From IMG/VR virus record IMGVR_UViG_3300024346_000005: 64,000 nucleotides of DNA. One strand, given 5' to 3'. The DNA is from a virus. Lineage: Duplodnaviria; Caudoviricetes. The notes under the pieces were generated by a model that saw only the letters and a list, made by a program, of their open reading frames with translations, was not told the origin of the DNA and did no database searches. The translations under genes were made by a program, and so were the position numbers. Positions 37,727-47,006 of the stretch are shown one piece after another (within the stretch, counting starts at the first letter, position 1; every line of letters starts with the position of its first letter).

Positions 37727-38062
37727 ATGTCTGTAAAAATTGCTCTATTAAAATCTGGAGAATCAGTAATTGCCGATATTAAGGAATTGATTTCTGAAGA
37801 TAAAGTGTGTGGGTACTTATTCACAAATCCACATAAAATGCAGGTCAGTAATTCAATTTTCTTGACGGAAGAACCAATAGGATCCGAAGATGGTACTGTA
37901 AGTGTAACATTTTCTTCTTGGATTCTCTTTACAAGTGATAATGAGATTCCAGTTCGTCCCGATTGGGTTGTAACAATTGTTGAACCAGTTAAAGATATTA
38001 AAAAAATGTATGAGGAAAAGGTAAATGGAACGGAATGTGAAGTGTCTTCTATTGAAGGTTGA
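37727..38062 (+). CDS. Conserved hypothetical small beta protein
   Basis: MSVKIALLKSGESVIA..NP..W pattern, 111 aa. Confidence 0.7.
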   Translation: MSVKIALLKSGESVIADIKELISEDKVCGYLFTNPHKMQVSNSIFLTEEPIGSEDGTVSVTFSSWILFTSDNEIPVRPDWVVTIVEPVKDIKKMYEEKVNGTECEVSSIEG

Positions 38063-38279
38063 TACGGTATTAATTACTGAGATTATTGAAGTTGGTTCTG
38101 AACTTGGAGAACCTGATTGTAAACTAATCAATCCATATCAGTTTTTGAGTATAGATGATATGAGACCCTGGCCAGAAGTTACTAATCAGACTGAACTAAT
38201 GATTCATTCTGATAGTATTCTTACAATCGCAGAACCTACTCCGGAAATTGTTACAAAGTATCTTGAACTAACTACCTGA
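38025..38279 (+). CDS. Conserved hypothetical small beta protein
   Basis: 84 aa; stop overlaps the gp43 start. Confidence 0.65.
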   Translation: MERNVKCLLLKVDTVLITEIIEVGSELGEPDCKLINPYQFLSIDDMRPWPEVTNQTELMIHSDSILTIAEPTPEIVTKYLELTT

Positions 38280-40780
38280 TGAATTTTTATACAAACGTAC
38301 AAATGGTTGGGGACCACTTCTTGGTTCGTGGTTATGAAAATGGTAGACATTTTATGACCCGTGAGAAGTTTTCTCCAACTCTTTTTGTTCCGTCTAAAAA
38401 ACCAACCAAATATAAAACACTGAATGGTGAATATGTTGAAGCAGTTCAACCTGGTTCTGTGAGAGATTGTAGAGAGTTTTTTAAAACGTATAATGGGGTA
38501 GAAAATTTTAAAATCTATGGAAATGAGAAGTACATTTATCAATACATTTCCGATAAATATCCAGAAAATGAAATTAAGTTTGATATTAGTAAAATTAAAC
38601 TAACAACAATTGATATTGAGGTTGCATCGGAAAATGGATTTCCAGATGTAGAAAATGCTGCAGAAGAAGTGCTGCTTATTACACTTCAAGACTATAATAC
38701 CAAACAGATTCGTACTTGGGGGTTGGGTCCATTTGACAATAAACAAACTAATGTTTCTTACCGAGCATTTTCTGATGAGCATAGTCTTTTAAATGATTTT
38801 ATCCACTGGTGGATGATTGAGGAAAATACTCCAGAAGTTATTACTGGTTGGAATAGTGAACTTTATGATATTCCATATCTAGTTCGTCGTCTAGAAAGAA
38901 TTTTGGGCGAAAAACTGATGAAGAGAATGTCACCTTGGGGACTTGTAACTGAGGATGAAACTTATATCTCTGGAAGAAAGCATATTTCCTATGATATTGG
39001 AGGTATTAGTCAACTTGATTATATCAAACTTTATAAAAAATTTACATATAAAGCACAGGAATCTTATCGCCTAGATCATATTGTGAGTGTGGAACTTGGG
39101 CAAAAAAAACTTGACCACTCCGAGTTTGATACATTCAAAGACTTCTATACTAAGGGTTGGCAGAAATTCGTAGAGTATAACATTATCGACGTAGAACTTG
39201 TTGACCGTTTGGAAGACAAGATGAAACTGATTGAACTTGCCCTTACGATGGCATATGATGGAAAGGTAAATTATGAGGATGTATTTTCACAAGTTCGTAT
39301 GTGGGATACTATTATCTACAACTATTTGAAGAAGAGGGATATTGTTATCCCCCCAAAAGAAAAAACTGATAAGGATTCTAAGTATGCTGGTGCTTATGTA
39401 AAAGAACCTGTTCCTGGAATTTATGATTGGGTTGTAAATTTTGACTTAAATAGTCTATATCCACATTTAATTATGCAATTTAATGTGAGTCCAGAAACTC
39501 TTGTTGATGAAAGACATCCTACCGTAACTGTAGATAAGATTCTTAATCAACAACTTACCTTTGAAATGTATAAGGACTATGCGGTCTGTCCTAACGGTGC
39601 TATGTATCGTAAGGACATTCGTGGTTTTCTTCCAGAACTAATGGAGAAAATGTATAATGATCGTGTCATTTTTAAGGAAAAAATGATTGAGGCAAAAAAA
39701 CAATATGAGAAGAAAAAAACAAAAGAATTGGAGAAGGAAATTTCTAGATGTAACAATATCCAAATGGCAAAAAAGATTGCTCTCAATTCTGCCTATGGAA
39801 GTGTCGGGAATGAATGGTTTAGGTACTTTAAACTAGCAAATGCCGAAGCAATTACTCTTTCGGGGCAAGTTGCTATTCGTTGGATTGAAAATAAGATGAA
39901 TACATATTTCAATAAACTTCTTAAAACTAAGGACTTTGATTATGTTATTGCTTCTGATACTGACTCCATCTATCTTAATATGGGTCCTTTGGTTGAAACT
40001 GTATACGAGGGAAGAGAGAAAACTACTGAAGGCGTTGTTTCGTTCCTTGATAAGATCTGTAAGGTGGAACTTGAAAAGTATATTGAAGGTTGCTACCAAG
40101 AACTGGCGGAGTATATGAATGCCTATGATCAGAAAATGCAGATGAAGCGGGAGAATATTGCCGACCGTGGAATTTGGACTGCGAAGAAGCGTTATATTCT
40201 CAATGTCTGGGATAGTGAAGGAGTTAGATATTCTGAACCTAAATTGAAGATGATGGGTATTGAGGCAGTCAAGTCTTCAACTCCGGCACCTTGTCGCAAG
40301 ATGATTAAGGATGGTCTTAAGATTATGATGAGCGGAACCGAAGATGAGGTGATTAGATTTATTGATAAGTGTCTCCAAGAATTTAAATCTCTTCCACCGG
40401 AGCAAATTGCTTTTCCCAGAACAGCATCTGATATTCGTAAGTATAGTTCTAACTCTGGAATCTATAGTAAGGGAACTCCAATTCACGTTCGTGGGTCTCT
40501 TTTGTTTAATCATCACATAAAAGAAAAAAAACTTACTAACAAATATTCACTTATTAATAATGGTGAGAAAGTTAAGTATATTTTCTTAAAAAAACCCAAT
40601 ATTATACAGGAGAATGTCATTTCCTTTATCTCCGAATTTCCAAAAGAATTGGGACTTGACAAATATATTGATTATGAATTACAATTTGAGAAGAGTTTCT
40701 TGGACCCACTCAAGTCTATTTTGGATTCTATTGGGTGGAAAACCGAACATACAACAAATCTTGATTCATTTTTTACCTGA
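38279..40780 (+). CDS. gp43: Family B DNA polymerase gp43 (uninterrupted)
   Basis: Exo DIEV; FDLNSLYP; KIALNSAYG; ASDTDS. Confidence 0.97.
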   Translation: MNFYTNVQMVGDHFLVRGYENGRHFMTREKFSPTLFVPSKKPTKYKTLNGEYVEAVQPGSVRDCREFFKTYNGVENFKIYGNEKYIYQYISDKYPENEIKFDISKIKLTTIDIEVASENGFPDVENAAEEVLLITLQDYNTKQIRTWGLGPFDNKQTNVSYRAFSDEHSLLNDFIHWWMIEENTPEVITGWNSELYDIPYLVRRLERILGEKLMKRMSPWGLVTEDETYISGRKHISYDIGGISQLDYIKLYKKFTYKAQESYRLDHIVSVELGQKKLDHSEFDTFKDFYTKGWQKFVEYNIIDVELVDRLEDKMKLIELALTMAYDGKVNYEDVFSQVRMWDTIIYNYLKKRDIVIPPKEKTDKDSKYAGAYVKEPVPGIYDWVVNFDLNSLYPHLIMQFNVSPETLVDERHPTVTVDKILNQQLTFEMYKDYAVCPNGAMYRKDIRGFLPELMEKMYNDRVIFKEKMIEAKKQYEKKKTKELEKEISRCNNIQMAKKIALNSAYGSVGNEWFRYFKLANAEAITLSGQVAIRWIENKMNTYFNKLLKTKDFDYVIASDTDSIYLNMGPLVETVYEGREKTTEGVVSFLDKICKVELEKYIEGCYQELAEYMNAYDQKMQMKRENIADRGIWTAKKRYILNVWDSEGVRYSEPKLKMMGIEAVKSSTPAPCRKMIKDGLKIMMSGTEDEVIRFIDKCLQEFKSLPPEQIAFPRTASDIRKYSSNSGIYSKGTPIHVRGSLLFNHHIKEKKLTNKYSLINNGEKVKYIFLKKPNIIQENVISFISEFPKELGLDKYIDYELQFEKSFLDPLKSILDSIGWKTEHTTNLDSFFT

Positions 40781-40917
40781 TGAATTTACCTATTAACGAA
40801 AAAGAACTGAATACTATTATTAGTGCTATGAGGATTGGTGGAGATACTGCTCTTTACCAAAAACTCTGGTGCTATAAAATGAATTATCTCAATAAACAAA
40901 AACAAAAGGAGGAATGA
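40780..40917 (+). CDS. Small hypothetical protein (45 aa); absent from the ORF track
   Basis: MNLPINEKELNTIISAMRIGGDTALYQKLWCYKMNYLNKQKQKEE; fills the gap and its end supplies the GGAGG for uvsX. Confidence 0.55.
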   Translation: MNLPINEKELNTIISAMRIGGDTALYQKLWCYKMNYLNKQKQKEE

Positions 40918-40920
40918 ATT

Positions 40921-41922
40921 GTGGATTTTTTGAAAGATATAGTGAAGGAGATTGGTGGAGAATACACTCAACTAGCTTCGGATATTGATGAAACTGAAAC
41001 TTATGTGGATACGGGTTCGTACATTTTTAATGCTCTTGTATCCGGCAGTATATTTGGTGGTGTATCTGGGAATAAGATTACTGCAATCGCTGGTGAAACT
41101 TCTACTGGAAAAACTTTCTTCAGTCTTGCCGTCGTTAAAAATTTCCTTGATAATAATCCTACTGGATACTGTCTGTATTTTGATACTGAAGCAGCAATCA
41201 CAAAATCCCTTTTGGAAAGTAGGGGAGTTGACACAAGTCGTCTGGTGGTTGTCAATGTAGTTACGGTAGAAGAATTCCGTACCAAGACACTCAAGGCAGT
41301 TGATATTTACCTAAAGAAAAAAGAGGATGAAAGAAACCCTTGTATCTTTGTATTAGATTCTCTGGGAATGCTTTCTACTAATAAAGAAATTAATGATGCC
41401 TTGGCAGAGAAGGATACAAGAGATATGACTAAGGCACAACTTATCAAAGGTGCCTTCCGTATGCTGACTCTCAAACTGGGTCAGGCAAAGATTCCTATGC
41501 TAGTGACAAATCACACCTATGAGTCGATGTCTCTTTATGGTGGTAAGCAAATGTCTGGAGGTTCTGGATTGCAATATGCCGCATCCACAATTATCTATCT
41601 TTCTAAGTCAAAGGAAAAAGATGGAACGGAAGTAATTGGAAACATTATCAGGGCAAAGACTCAAAAGTCCCGTTTAAGTAAGGAGAATCAAGATGTTGAA
41701 ATCCGTCTGTATTATGATGATCGCGGTCTTGATCGTTACTACGGTCTTCTTGAACTTGGTGAACTTGGTGGACTCTGGAAGAATGTAGCAGGTCGTTATG
41801 AGATTGATGGTAAGAAACTTTATGCCAAAGAAATCTTAAAAAATACCGAAAAATATTTTACACCGGAAGTAATGGAAAAACTTGATGTGATTGCTAAAGG
41901 TGAGTTTAGTTATGGCAAATGA
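40921..41922 (+). CDS. uvsX: RecA-like recombinase UvsX
   Basis: AGETSTGKT, FDTEAA, LDSLG, MSGGSG. Confidence 0.93.
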   Translation: MDFLKDIVKEIGGEYTQLASDIDETETYVDTGSYIFNALVSGSIFGGVSGNKITAIAGETSTGKTFFSLAVVKNFLDNNPTGYCLYFDTEAAITKSLLESRGVDTSRLVVVNVVTVEEFRTKTLKAVDIYLKKKEDERNPCIFVLDSLGMLSTNKEINDALAEKDTRDMTKAQLIKGAFRMLTLKLGQAKIPMLVTNHTYESMSLYGGKQMSGGSGLQYAASTIIYLSKSKEKDGTEVIGNIIRAKTQKSRLSKENQDVEIRLYYDDRGLDRYYGLLELGELGGLWKNVAGRYEIDGKKLYAKEILKNTEKYFTPEVMEKLDVIAKGEFSYGK

Positions 41923-42464
41923 AAAACATTCGTATAATAAAAACTAATGTAAATGTTTCTAAAATATTAGAACAACTTAAGCAATATCCCGAAGACTGGG
42001 GTTCTCAAAAAGATATTGAAGACTCTGAACAACTAGACCCCACAGAATATACTGTTACTGTGGATGTATTACAACTTATAATGGGTGGAGTTGAAACCGA
42101 AGGTCAATATGTTGGGAATACTGAAATATGTATTAAAACTCCGGCATATGAAAAACACACGGAGATTCTTAATTACTTGGGAAAGTATTTTAAGAAACTC
42201 CGTCGTTGTGGATTCTTGGCACTTCCTGTAGGTGAAATAGTGGGTTCTCATATTGATGAAGGAACTTATTATCTTACGAAGGATAGATATCACCTTTCCA
42301 TTCAGGGAAAATACGAGTATACTGTTGGGGATGAAACTATTATTATTGAACCGGGAACACTCTTTTGGTTCAATAATAAACTACCCCATAAGGCAGTTAA
42401 TATTGGCAACAACATTAGAATTACTTTTGTATTCGATGTTCCACATCATAAACGAAATCTTTAA
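41919..42464 (+). CDS. 2OG-Fe(II) oxygenase (Asp/Asn beta-hydroxylase-like)
   Basis: HID...RYHLSI...WFNNKLPH...RITFVFD. Confidence 0.7.
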   Translation: MKNIRIIKTNVNVSKILEQLKQYPEDWGSQKDIEDSEQLDPTEYTVTVDVLQLIMGGVETEGQYVGNTEICIKTPAYEKHTEILNYLGKYFKKLRRCGFLALPVGEIVGSHIDEGTYYLTKDRYHLSIQGKYEYTVGDETIIIEPGTLFWFNNKLPHKAVNIGNNIRITFVFDVPHHKRNL

Positions 42465-42472
42465 TTAAAATA

Positions 42473-43852
42473 ATGGAACGACTTGAACTTACAATCCTTA
42501 GAAACTTAGTATTTAATGAAGATTATGCCAGAAAAGTTATTCCATTTATTCAACCAGAGTACTACGAACAAAGAGTAGAAAAGATAGTTTTTGAGGAAAT
42601 TGTTGAGTTTATCGTTAAGTATGGTTCTTCAATTACAATAGAAGCACTCAATATTGAGATTGATAATCGTAGAGATTTAACAGAAACTGAAAATAAAGAA
42701 ATTGTAGAATTACTTTCTAAACTTAATAACAGTCCTGTGGATAAGCAGTGGATTCTTGATACTACAGAAAAGTGGTGTCGTGACCGTGCTATTTACTTGG
42801 CACTTATGGAATCCATTCATATTGCCGATGGTAAGGATGATAAAAAAGGTAGAGATGCTATTCCCAGTATTCTTTCTGATGCTCTGGCAGTATCTTTTGA
42901 TAATAATATAGGTCACGATTATCTTCAGAATTATGAGGAACGATATGAGTTCTATCATCGTAAAGAAGATAAGATTGAATTTGACTTAGAATATTTCAAC
43001 AAAATAACAAAAGGTGGATTGCCTAATAAGACTCTGAATATTGCTCTTGCCGGAACGGGTGTGGGAAAATCTCTCTTTATGTGTCATGTTGCCAGTTCTG
43101 CCTTACTACAGAATAGAAATGTTCTTTACATCACTCTTGAAATGGCAGAAGAAAGAATTGCCGAAAGAATTGATGCGAATCTTCTTAATGTTCCAATTCA
43201 ACAACTGATTGATTTACCACGCTCAGCATTTGAGAATAAAGTAAATGGTATTTCCAAGAAGACTCGGGGTTCTTTGGTAATCAAAGAATATCCTACTGCT
43301 TCGGCACACTCCGGGCACTTCAAGGCACTTCTGAATGAACTTGCTCTGAAGAAATCATTTAGACCTGATATTATCTTTATTGACTATTTGAATATCTGTT
43401 CATCTTCACGATTTAAGAGTGGTAGTAATATCAATTCTTATACTTTGGTTAAGTCTATTGCCGAAGAACTTCGTGGTTTGGCAGTAGAGTTTAATGTTCC
43501 TATTATGAGTGCGACACAGACGACTAGGAGCGGTTTTGGTTCTTCCGATGTAGAATTGACCGATACTTCTGAATCGTTCGGTCTTCCTGCTACTGCCGAC
43601 CTTATGTTTGCTCTGATTAGTACAGAGGAACTTGAAGGTCTAGGGCAGATTATGGTGAAGCAACTTAAAAACAGATATAATGACCCAACAATCTTTAAGC
43701 GTTTCGTTGTTGGAATTGACCGTGCCAAGATGAGACTTTATGATGTGGAACAATCGGCACAAAATGACATACTTGACAGTGGTAAAGAAGAGGAGTATAA
43801 TAATGAAGAAAATAAACCAAAAAAATCATTTGAGGGATTTAAATTTTCATGA
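42473..43852 (+). CDS. gp41: Replicative helicase gp41
   Basis: AGTGVGKS, FIDYL, ATQTTR, DTSESFGLP, QLKNRY. Confidence 0.95.
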   Translation: MERLELTILRNLVFNEDYARKVIPFIQPEYYEQRVEKIVFEEIVEFIVKYGSSITIEALNIEIDNRRDLTETENKEIVELLSKLNNSPVDKQWILDTTEKWCRDRAIYLALMESIHIADGKDDKKGRDAIPSILSDALAVSFDNNIGHDYLQNYEERYEFYHRKEDKIEFDLEYFNKITKGGLPNKTLNIALAGTGVGKSLFMCHVASSALLQNRNVLYITLEMAEERIAERIDANLLNVPIQQLIDLPRSAFENKVNGISKKTRGSLVIKEYPTASAHSGHFKALLNELALKKSFRPDIIFIDYLNICSSSRFKSGSNINSYTLVKSIAEELRGLAVEFNVPIMSATQTTRSGFGSSDVELTDTSESFGLPATADLMFALISTEELEGLGQIMVKQLKNRYNDPTIFKRFVVGIDRAKMRLYDVEQSAQNDILDSGKEEEYNNEENKPKKSFEGFKFS

Positions 43853-44259
43853 CACAACGAGTTGATTTTAATAAGTATCAGAACTTCGTAGATGCCGTAA
43901 CTTCTGATGCATCCAAAGATTTCCTTGCTCTTTCTGACCGTATGGTTCAGTTGGATGAGAAAGGTGCTAATATTGAGCGTCTCCTGACTGCCTCTGTTGG
44001 TATTAATGCCGAGGGTGGTGAATTCTTGGAGATTGTAAAGAAAATGGTTTTCCAAGGTAAGTCTTGGAATGATGAGACCCGAACTCACTTGATTAAGGAA
44101 CTGGGTGATACGATGTGGTATGTGGCACAAGCGTGTATTGCTCTTGATGTCTCTTTTGATGAAGTAATTCAGACCAATATTGATAAACTGATGAAGCGTT
44201 ATCCGGACGGATTCTTTGATGTATATTATAGTGAAAATCGTGAAGATGGAGACATTTGA
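43849..44259 (+). CDS. mazG: MazG-like nucleotide pyrophosphohydrolase
   Basis: GINAEGGEFLEIVKK, KELGD.MWY, NIDKL..RYP. Confidence 0.9.
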   Translation: MTQRVDFNKYQNFVDAVTSDASKDFLALSDRMVQLDEKGANIERLLTASVGINAEGGEFLEIVKKMVFQGKSWNDETRTHLIKELGDTMWYVAQACIALDVSFDEVIQTNIDKLMKRYPDGFFDVYYSENREDGDI

Positions 44260-44438
44260 TGACTAAAACAGTATCTGTTAAGATGGATGTTCGGACTGCC
44301 GCTGCCGTTCGTCAAATTCTTTTTGAGAATCAAAAAGGTTATACCTATGATGAACTTTCTGTTCCTCCTCGTATTTCTGACATTCGTGCCGTGATTTTAG
44401 ACCTTGATGAAAAGATTGGTGCTGTAGTTGGTGAATGA
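44259..44438 (+). CDS. Small hypothetical protein
   Basis: ATG overlaps the mazG stop; 59 aa. Confidence 0.55.
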   Translation: MTKTVSVKMDVRTAAAVRQILFENQKGYTYDELSVPPRISDIRAVILDLDEKIGAVVGE

Positions 44439-44479
44439 CCCTTCGGGAGTCTTGAGCACTAAATAAAAATAAAATACTT

Positions 44480-45403
44480 ATGGCTACCTTATCCGTGAAT
44501 GATTTGGGAAAAAGAAATAACTTTAATATTTTTTTAACCAGAATTAGAACTGGTAAAGATTTTGTATTGAATGAATCTAATGGTCAGAAAATAAAACTAA
44601 GTAAAACTATCGTAACTGAATTAACAGATATTACTAAATTTAATAAGTTTAAATCTGGTCAATCCATAGTTCTCCCAACTTCTTCTGGTTCAACTGTAAG
44701 ATTAACTGAATTATATAAAGACTCTGAATTTTCTGGAAGAACCCAGGCAACAACCGCCCAAGAAGACGCTCAGATTATAAGAGTAAATCAGCAATTACAA
44801 GATATATTTGACAAATTAGGTACAGATTTTATACCACTAAAAGTTGGTGCCACAACTTACCAGGTGGGACTTTGTGAAAGTACACCGGGAACACCTAAAT
44901 GCGATTTTCATTTTAGAGGAATATCTGGGTATGTTGGGCACGTTTCTCATAAGGCAGGTTCTGGACCTAAAGCATTTCAACAGTGGTCTGGAACGTCTGC
45001 AAGAGTGGAACCAACAATTAATAATCATCCAGAAACTCAGGCATTTATTAATACTTTACTTGAAATGTTTCCAAACGGTATGCCTCCAGCAACAACTGTA
45101 GGAAGAAAAATACAGGATGAAACACTTAAAAAATTGGCAGTCTATGGTAATGGATTTGGGGGTCCAAAGGGTGAAAATAATGTAGATGTTACTATGCAGG
45201 GAGTTTTAAATGTTCAAAGTAGAGGAAGATATTATGAATTAACTTGTACTGGACATAAAATAAATAATGGTGATAGAATAAATGCAAGTTATGAACCTGT
45301 ATTTTTAGGCGTTTATAAAGGAGACCGAAGTGACCACGGTATAAGAGGTGCCAGAGTTATTATTCAACCAATCGGTGGTAGAAGCATACAGAAATTTGTG
45401 TAA
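44480..45403 (+). CDS. Hypothetical protein, possible PD-(D/E)xK nuclease
   Basis: TPKCDF..VSHK pattern; late promoter variant CTAAATA at 44459. Confidence 0.5.
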   Translation: MATLSVNDLGKRNNFNIFLTRIRTGKDFVLNESNGQKIKLSKTIVTELTDITKFNKFKSGQSIVLPTSSGSTVRLTELYKDSEFSGRTQATTAQEDAQIIRVNQQLQDIFDKLGTDFIPLKVGATTYQVGLCESTPGTPKCDFHFRGISGYVGHVSHKAGSGPKAFQQWSGTSARVEPTINNHPETQAFINTLLEMFPNGMPPATTVGRKIQDETLKKLAVYGNGFGGPKGENNVDVTMQGVLNVQSRGRYYELTCTGHKINNGDRINASYEPVFLGVYKGDRSDHGIRGARVIIQPIGGRSIQKFV

Positions 45404-45406
45404 TAT

Positions 45407-45655
45407 ATGAAAGACCTCCAAGCATTCCTTGATAATATTATTGATATTTTTACCACTAAAAAATCATTACCTAAAGATGTAATGAATGATTTTATCAAGT
45501 ATTTTTACTTCACTCTTGATAAGGAAATCAAATCAAATAAGTCGGAAGTATTAAAGAATAAATATATTAAGATTAGAAAAAATGGATTAAACTATATTGT
45601 TGCTAATAAAGAAGCAATAATGGCGAATATTCGTAAGAAAAAATTAAGTAAGTAA
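45407..45655 (+). CDS. Small basic hypothetical protein
   Basis: 82-aa ORF coupled to neighbours. Confidence 0.55.
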   Translation: MKDLQAFLDNIIDIFTTKKSLPKDVMNDFIKYFYFTLDKEIKSNKSEVLKNKYIKIRKNGLNYIVANKEAIMANIRKKKLSK

Positions 45656-46986
45656 TGAAAAGTTTCTTTCAGTTCATATCAGAAGCAACTTCTGCATCAG
45701 ACCAAGCTCAGCGTCTTGGGTTGCAGGGTGACGGGCACGGTGGTTGGTATGATAGAAGAACTAATGAGTTTGTTGCCAAGACCGAAGGTGGAAAGTTAAA
45801 GTTTTATAATAAGCGTCAGAGAGTAGGAAAGGACCCAAATCAAACCCCACACGAAAAGGATGTTCCTTCACCGAGTTATAATGACCCAAATGCTCAACAG
45901 CAACCCCAACCCCAAGCAGAACCCCAACCGGAACCTGCTCCAGAGCAACAACCGGTAGCACAGGAACCACAACAACCTGTAGAAACTCCTCCACCAGTTC
46001 CTAAGACCAAAGGAACTCTTACGATTGCTTTTGGTCGTTTTAATCCTCCTACGGTCGGGCACCAGCAATTAATGGATGTTGCTGCTGCTTCATCTCAGGC
46101 AGATGGTGGAGACTATCTAATCTATCCATCCAGAAGTCAGGATAAGAAAAAGAATCCACTGGACCCTGATACAAAGATTTCATATATGAGACAGATGTTT
46201 CCTGCTCATAGTGAAAGAATTGTGAATGATGCCGCAAATAAGACTATTTTTGATGTTCTTAAAAAGGCACATAATGATGGATATACTAATGTTAGAATCG
46301 TGGGTGGTTCCGACCGTGTAAAGGAGTTTGAGAAATTATCCAATAACTATAATGGTCAATTATATGCCTTTGATGCGATTGAAGTAGTTTCTGCCGGAGA
46401 CCGCGATCCTGATGCCAAAGGTGTTGAGGGAATGTCTGCATCCAGAATGAGACTTGCCGCTGCCGAAGGAGATTTTCGTAAGTTTAGAGAAGGTCTTCCT
46501 CCAGATATGAAGCGTAAATCGGCACAAGAATTATTTGATTCTGTAAGAGCATCTATGGGTATTAATGAGAACTGGAATCTCTGGGAAATTGCCCCTAAGT
46601 TTGATTACCAGACTCTTCGTGAGAATTATGTTTCCGAAAAAATATTCCAAATCGGTCAACTGGTTGAGAATCTGAATACTGGACTTGTTGGAAGAATCAT
46701 TCGTCGTGGAACTAATTATCTGATTTGTGTAACTGAATCTAATATGATGTTTAAGTCTTGGATTAAGGATGTAATGGAAACCAAAAAATATACCGAAGTT
46801 AAAATGGATAGAAAGATGAGAGAACCCGGAAAACCAAATACTTTAGTTGGAACTTCTGGATTCTACAAGTATGTTGCGGATATGACACCAGAGGCACCCG
46901 AAACAAATCTACAATACGGAGCAAAACCCTATCGTGGTTATAAAGTATCTAATATCAGGGAGTTTATAAATAAGTATAGAAAATAG
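45655..46986 (+). CDS. HIGH-family nucleotidyltransferase (cytidylyltransferase-like) with capsid-targeting-like leader
   Basis: FGRFNPPTVGH, GMSASRMR; N-term MKSFFQFISEA; Q/P-rich linker. Confidence 0.8.
   Translation: MKSFFQFISEATSASDQAQRLGLQGDGHGGWYDRRTNEFVAKTEGGKLKFYNKRQRVGKDPNQTPHEKDVPSPSYNDPNAQQQPQPQAEPQPEPAPEQQPVAQEPQQPVETPPPVPKTKGTLTIAFGRFNPPTVGHQQLMDVAAASSQADGGDYLIYPSRSQDKKKNPLDPDTKISYMRQMFPAHSERIVNDAANKTIFDVLKKAHNDGYTNVRIVGGSDRVKEFEKLSNNYNGQLYAFDAIEVVSAGDRDPDAKGVEGMSASRMRLAAAEGDFRKFREGLPPDMKRKSAQELFDSVRASMGINENWNLWEIAPKFDYQTLRENYVSEKIFQIGQLVENLNTGLVGRIIRRGTNYLICVTESNMMFKSWIKDVMETKKYTEVKMDRKMREPGKPNTLVGTSGFYKYVADMTPEAPETNLQYGAKPYRGYKVSNIREFINKYRK
46965..46972 (+). promoter_or_regulatory. 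Late promoter
   Basis: Exact TATAAATA at the end of the upstream CDS. Confidence 0.65.
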
Positions 46987-47006
46987 TAAAGTAGTAAAGT
47001 CTTAAT

